From contig NC_006138.1 of assembly GCF_000025945.1 (NCBI RefSeq), forward strand, positions 1,650,001 through 1,682,000: DNA of 32,000 bases. The letters run 5' to 3'. This document shows positions 27,892 through 32,000 of the stretch, one piece after another (the first letter of the stretch is position 1; each line of letters opens with the position of its first letter). The position numbers were made by a program, and so were the translations under genes. This DNA comes from Desulfotalea psychrophila LSv54. Its GTDB lineage: Bacteria; Desulfobacterota; Desulfobulbia; Desulfobulbales; Desulfocapsaceae. Below the pieces are notes generated by a model, which worked only from the letters and a program-made list of their open reading frames with translations, did not search any database and was not told where the DNA came from.

Positions 27892-28287
27892 GTGGCAACT
27901 ATGATTGAAAAAAAGATTATTGAGACAGAGGCTGCTCCAGCAGCAGTAGCAGCGTATTCACAGGCTGTGCAAGCGGGGAATTTATTATTTACCTCAGGGC
28001 AGTTACCCCTTGATCCTTCATCGGGGAAAATAGTTACCGGGGATATTTTTGCCCAGGCTCATCAGGCGATAAAAAACCTTATTGCCATTGTTGAAGCTGC
28101 AGGAAGTAGCATCAATGATGTCATAAAAGTAACTGTTTATCTTGCAGACATTAAAGATTCTGCAGCAGTGAACGAAGTCTATACCCACTATTTTTTTCAG
28201 CCCTATCCAGCTCGTAGTGCCTTTCAAGTAGCGGCACTCCCTCTGGCTGCAGGTCTGGAGATTGAAGCAATAGTAATTGTTAAATAA
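27892..28287 (+). CDS. ridA: RidA/YjgF family enamine/imine deaminase, copy 2
   Basis: Differs from copy 1 at 6 of 131 residues by eye. Confidence 0.9.
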   Translation: MATMIEKKIIETEAAPAAVAAYSQAVQAGNLLFTSGQLPLDPSSGKIVTGDIFAQAHQAIKNLIAIVEAAGSSINDVIKVTVYLADIKDSAAVNEVYTHYFFQPYPARSAFQVAALPLAAGLEIEAIVIVK

Positions 28288-28312
28288 ATTTTTCATAAAG
28301 GATAAAAAAATC

Positions 28313-29311
28313 ATGAATCTCACACAATTCCCAAGAAGAAATTATCTCCAAGGACCTACTCCTATTGAAGCTGCACCAAGGTTTTCTAAGGCCCTGGGTG
28401 GTAAGGTAAATGTTTTTATTAAGCGTGATGATCTGTTGCCTGGTTGTGCTGGTGGTAATAAGACTAGAAAATTAGATTTTTGTATTGCTGATGCGATAGA
28501 GAAGGGCGCTGATACGATTATTACCTGTGGTGCTGTTCAGTCTAATCACTGCCGTTTGACCCTTTCTTGGGCAGTTAAGGAAGAGATGGATTGTCATCTT
28601 ATACTTGAAGAGCGTGTTCCTGGAAGCTATAAAAAAGATGGTTCCGGTAACAACTTTCTTTTCAATCTGATGGGCGTAAAGAGCACTCAGGTTGTTTCTG
28701 GTGGTTCCGATATGATGGGTGAGATGGAAAAGCTTGCCAAGGAGCTTGAGGCTCAGGGCAAAAAACCTTATATCATTCCAGGCGGAGCCTCTAATGCTAT
28801 TGGAGCAACCGGTTATGTTGCCTGTGCCCAGGAAATTCAGCAACAGCTTTTTGAGCAAAACATTAATATAACTGATATAGTTGTCCCGAGTGGTAGTGCC
28901 GGTACCCATGCTGGTGTTGCCGTTGGTATGTACGGAATTAATTCGGGTATTACAGTAAGTGGTATCAATGTAAGTAAGCCTAAGGCTGTCCAGGAAGAGA
29001 ATGTTTATAAATTGGCCAAGGAAACTGCAAAAAGAGTAGGTGTCCGCGGAGAGTTTCCACGCGATGAGATAACCTGTTTTGATGGCTATGTCGGTGCAGG
29101 GTATTCGTTGCCCACCGATTCAATGGTTGAGGCTGTAAAGCTTCTTGCTCGAACTGAGGCAATCCTGCTTGATCCTGTTTATTCCGGCAAGGTTATGGCT
29201 GGTATGATCGACCTTATTCGAAACGATTATTTTGCCCCGGGGGCAAATGTTTTATTTCTGCATACCGGTGGATCTCCCGCCCTCTATGCATATACCGACA
29301 CGTTTAAGTAA
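28313..29311 (+). CDS. PLP-dependent D-cysteine desulfhydrase / L-cysteate sulfo-lyase / ACC deaminase family enzyme, copy 2
   Basis: Differs from copy 1 at about 14 of 332 residues by eye, same motifs. Confidence 0.88.
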   Translation: MNLTQFPRRNYLQGPTPIEAAPRFSKALGGKVNVFIKRDDLLPGCAGGNKTRKLDFCIADAIEKGADTIITCGAVQSNHCRLTLSWAVKEEMDCHLILEERVPGSYKKDGSGNNFLFNLMGVKSTQVVSGGSDMMGEMEKLAKELEAQGKKPYIIPGGASNAIGATGYVACAQEIQQQLFEQNINITDIVVPSGSAGTHAGVAVGMYGINSGITVSGINVSKPKAVQEENVYKLAKETAKRVGVRGEFPRDEITCFDGYVGAGYSLPTDSMVEAVKLLARTEAILLDPVYSGKVMAGMIDLIRNDYFAPGANVLFLHTGGSPALYAYTDTFK

Positions 29312-29316
29312 GCATA

Positions 29317-29360
29317 AAAAACCTTCTACTGCTCTAAAAGAGCAGTAGAAGGTTTTTTTT
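29317..29360 (+). terminator. Rho-independent terminator after lyase copy 2
   Basis: ACCTTCTACTGCTCT-aaa-AGAGCAGTAGAAGGT followed by a long T run. Confidence 0.88.
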
Positions 29361-29414
29361 TATTTATGATGGTTGTTGTTAAACCATATACTTCACTAAG
29401 TAGGAGAACAGAGA

Positions 29415-30410
29415 ATGAATTTTTTCAAAAAGCTCGTAGCAACTGCTGTACTTAGTCTATGTTTTGGTGTCACAGGCGCTGTTGCCGGCCCCACGGTTAT
29501 TAAACTCGCGCATCCCAATTTACCCCAGCATCCCATGGGGCAAGCATTCATTAAGTTTAAAGCCCTGGTAGAAGAGAGAACAAACGGTGAGTTTCGAGTA
29601 GATATTTTCGATAGCTCCAAGTTTGGTAATTTCGATAGTGTTGTTCAAGGATTACAGCTTAATATGCTCCAGATGGGGTCAGCTGCAACACCAAATCTTT
29701 CACCTTTTTCCGATGAATTCCTTATCTTTGATCTTCCCTTTCTTTTCCCAAGTTATGAGGCGGCAGATAAGATCACCGATGGCCCCATCGGTATGAATGC
29801 AACCAAGGCGCTGGAACCAAGTGGTATTATCGGTCTTGGCTATATCGAGATTGGTTTTCGTAATCTTTGGAATAACAAGCGTGCTGTGACAACCCTTGAA
29901 GATGCAAAAGGCTTGAAAATTCGCTCTACTCCTTCTAAGGCCCACATCGGGACTCTTAAGGCCCTTGGTATGAATCCAACTCCAATTTCATGGGGTGAGG
30001 TTTATACTGCCCTGCAACAAAAGACTGTTGATGGAATTGATATTGATTTGAACCTTGCGTGGCATAATAACTTCCCAGAAGTTAACAACCATTTGACTAT
30101 CGTGAACAGCCTGTATAGTCCTCATCTCGTGATGATCTCTAAACGCTTTCTTGATAGCTTAAACCCTGAAAACAGAGAGATTATTCTCTCTAGCTTTCAA
30201 GAGGCGAAGTTGTATGAGCGTAAGTTGATTCGTGATGGCGAAGCAGAAATTCTTGCTCAGCTTGAAGGGAAGGGCGTGACCGTAACTACTCTTTCTCCCG
30301 AAGAACGTCAGCGTTGGGCAGAGAAGACTGCAGTTGTTTATGAGCAGTTTCAGGATCGCATTGGTAAAGACCTCATCGAACAGGCAAGAGCCACCATGGC
30401 TGTAAAGTAG
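29415..30410 (+). CDS. dctP: TRAP transporter substrate-binding protein (DctP family)
   Basis: Signal peptide MNFFKKLVATAVLSLCFGVTGAVAG; TVIKLAHPNLPQHPMGQAFIKFKALVEERTNGEFRVDIF, GFRNLWNNKRAVTTLEDAKGLKIRS, GWGEVYTALQQKTVDGIDI-like segment. Confidence 0.92.
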   Translation: MNFFKKLVATAVLSLCFGVTGAVAGPTVIKLAHPNLPQHPMGQAFIKFKALVEERTNGEFRVDIFDSSKFGNFDSVVQGLQLNMLQMGSAATPNLSPFSDEFLIFDLPFLFPSYEAADKITDGPIGMNATKALEPSGIIGLGYIEIGFRNLWNNKRAVTTLEDAKGLKIRSTPSKAHIGTLKALGMNPTPISWGEVYTALQQKTVDGIDIDLNLAWHNNFPEVNNHLTIVNSLYSPHLVMISKRFLDSLNPENREIILSSFQEAKLYERKLIRDGEAEILAQLEGKGVTVTTLSPEERQRWAEKTAVVYEQFQDRIGKDLIEQARATMAVK

Positions 30411-30424
30411 AGGTATTTGAAAAC

Positions 30425-30460
30425 AAATAACCAAACAGATAGGTATTTGTTTGGTTATTT
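30425..30460 (+). other. Intercistronic hairpin between dctP and dctQ
   Basis: AAATAACCAAACA-(10 nt)-TGTTTGGTTATTT, perfect 13-bp stem. Confidence 0.7.
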
Positions 30461-30481
30461 TATAGAAGTGGAGATCTTTGT

Positions 30482-30988
30482 ATGGGAATAATACCAAAAT
30501 CCAAAATACCTAATATTGAAATGCTGATTTCTTCTGGTGCTCTGGTGGTAATGACAGTTATTACCGTTGTCCAGGTTTTCAATCGATATGTGTTGCAAAA
30601 TTCACTTGATTGGTCGGAAGAACTTGCTCGTTATCTTTTTATTTGGGCAGTGTATGTTGGTTGTAGTTATGCTGTCTATAAAGATAGGCATCTTGAAGTA
30701 ACGATTCTTCGAACAATTTGTAACGGGAAGTTCGCTCGATCCTTAACACTCCTTTCTCTCACTCTCAATCTATTATTTTGTATCTTTGTTACAGTCGTTG
30801 GAATTAAGTTTGTTTTATTTCTTGCAAGCACAGGACAAAAGACCCCTGCTTTGGAAATTAGCGCTTACTGGGTATATCTTTCCATGCCTTTCGGTTTTGG
30901 TATGATGGGCCTAAGAGTAATTGAGAGAATCTGGTGGATCATGACGGGTAAGATTGATCCTACAGCTGTAGACATAATCAAGGAGTAG
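30482..30988 (+). CDS. dctQ: TRAP transporter small permease (DctQ family)
   Basis: TVITVVQVFNRYVLQNSLDWSEELARYLFIWAVYVGCSYAV, four TM helices, SAYWVYLSMPFGFGMMGLRVIERI. Confidence 0.9.
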   Translation: MGIIPKSKIPNIEMLISSGALVVMTVITVVQVFNRYVLQNSLDWSEELARYLFIWAVYVGCSYAVYKDRHLEVTILRTICNGKFARSLTLLSLTLNLLFCIFVTVVGIKFVLFLASTGQKTPALEISAYWVYLSMPFGFGMMGLRVIERIWWIMTGKIDPTAVDIIKE

Positions 30989-30994
30989 TTATCC

Positions 30995-32000
30995 ATGGAC
31001 TTCACTATAATATCTATCTTTGTTTCATTAGCAATATTTCTCCTTGCCAGCGTACCCATCGGCATTGCTATTGGTATGAGTGTCATTGTGGGCATGACCT
31101 TTGGCGATATGCTGCCCTATGAATTTTTGATTCAAAAGATGGTGACATCATTAGATGTGTTTCCTCTTATGGCGGTACCTTTTTTCATAATGGCAGGCGA
31201 AGTTATGCAAAAGGGAAGCATGGCGCAACGATTACTGAATGTGTCTCGCGCATTGGTAGGACATTTAACAGGTGGTATGGCTCATATCTCCATACTGACA
31301 AGCATGTTTTACGGTTCTCTTTCTGGATCAGCCCCTGCAACGGTTGCGGCCGTCGGTGGAATTATGATTCCGGCGATGGAAAAGGAGAATTATAGCAAAT
31401 CTTTTGCCACGGCCGTTAATACGGCGGCTGGCTGTTTGGGGGTTATTATTCCTCCAAGTGTGCCACTTATTATTTACGGTACAACAGCAGGTGTTTCTGT
31501 TGGTGATCTTTTTATTGCAGGCGTTATTCCGGGCTTGTTTATTGGTCTTGCCCTGATGCTCTGTAGCTATGTTTTAGCAAAAAAATATGGTTTTACAGGT
31601 TCTGCGCAGCAGGCAACTATTGGTGAGATTTTAACGGCGGTTTTAGCCTCTCTTCCCGCCCTGATGGTTCCTATTATTGTTTTGGGCGGAATTTATGGTG
31701 GTTTTACGACACCTACGGAAGCTGGTGTTATTGCGGTTGTTTACGCACTTGTTGTTGAAGGCCTTTTCCTGCGGACCTTAAGTGTGAGCAAAGTTGTGGA
31801 GGTTTTCAAATCTACGGCGCTGACAACAGCCTCTATTTTTCTTGTTGTTGCAACGGCGACAGCCCTTGGGCAAATTTTACTTTTTTATAACCTTCCTAAC
31901 CAATTAGTAGAAATATTGAGTAATATTTCAGACAATAGATATGTTCTTATTGCGATAATACTCTTGTTTTTGATTGTGATGGGAACCTTTATGGATGCCC
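30995..32000 (+). CDS. dctM: TRAP transporter large permease (DctM family), truncated by window end
   Basis: MDFTIISIFVSLAIFLLASVPIGIAIGMS, PFFIMAGEVMQKGSMAQRLL, GSLSGSAPATVAAVGGMMIPAM, VIIPPSVPLIIYG, TTPTEAGVIAVVYAL; no stop before 32000. Confidence 0.92.
   Translation, partial: MDFTIISIFVSLAIFLLASVPIGIAIGMSVIVGMTFGDMLPYEFLIQKMVTSLDVFPLMAVPFFIMAGEVMQKGSMAQRLLNVSRALVGHLTGGMAHISILTSMFYGSLSGSAPATVAAVGGIMIPAMEKENYSKSFATAVNTAAGCLGVIIPPSVPLIIYGTTAGVSVGDLFIAGVIPGLFIGLALMLCSYVLAKKYGFTGSAQQATIGEILTAVLASLPALMVPIIVLGGIYGGFTTPTEAGVIAVVYALVVEGLFLRTLSVSKVVEVFKSTALTTASIFLVVATATALGQILLFYNLPNQLVEILSNISDNRYVLIAIILLFLIVMGTFMDA

Larger units (their letters stand above)
27785..29311 (+). repeat. Duplicated block copy 2 (promoter, operator, ridA, lyase)
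   Basis: See 24065-25598. Confidence 0.95.

Noticed and set aside
29366-29385. Small inverted repeat ATGGTTgttgttaAACCAT before dctP
   Set aside because: Only a 6-bp stem; insufficient to call an operator or attenuator.

Overview
This 32 kb window reads as a chromosomal segment of a Gram-negative, probably sulfate-reducing deltaproteobacterium (Desulfobulbales-like; taxon is inference). It runs from housekeeping genes (tatBC, purA, rpoZ, dnaJ, moaC, dksA-like, folE2-like, glyS), through a minus-strand signalling/transport cluster (nucleotide-kinase-like/receiver fusion, receiver protein, DASS anion permease, sensor kinase, receiver protein, degenerate kinase-like protein), into transport genes (NCS2 permease, RcnA/NicO-like metal exporter with MarR regulator, OPA-type MFS). 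The right third is an accessory island: FCD-GntR regulator, IS5-family remnant, promoter/operator-ridA-PLP lyase (D-cysteine desulfhydrase / L-cysteate sulfo-lyase family), SLC1 symporter, second IS5-family remnant, near-identical copy of promoter/operator-ridA-lyase, then TRAP dctPQM. The most interesting points are: (1) the IS-associated duplicated ridA-lyase module, each copy beside a different transporter type and sharing a palindromic operator (AATGTCGACATT) with the GntR gene promoter; (2) an ~80-nt orphan sRNA candidate at about 18540-18620 with its own consensus-like promoter, a CU-rich anti-Shine-Dalgarno stretch and an intrinsic terminator; (3) a receiver protein fused to a P-loop-degenerate cytidylate-kinase-like domain in a permease/two-component cluster; (4) a FolE2 homologue lacking the usual Cys-containing active-site motif; (5) a decayed YjdF/DUF2238 gene. 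All family names come from recognising motifs by eye; no database search was run.
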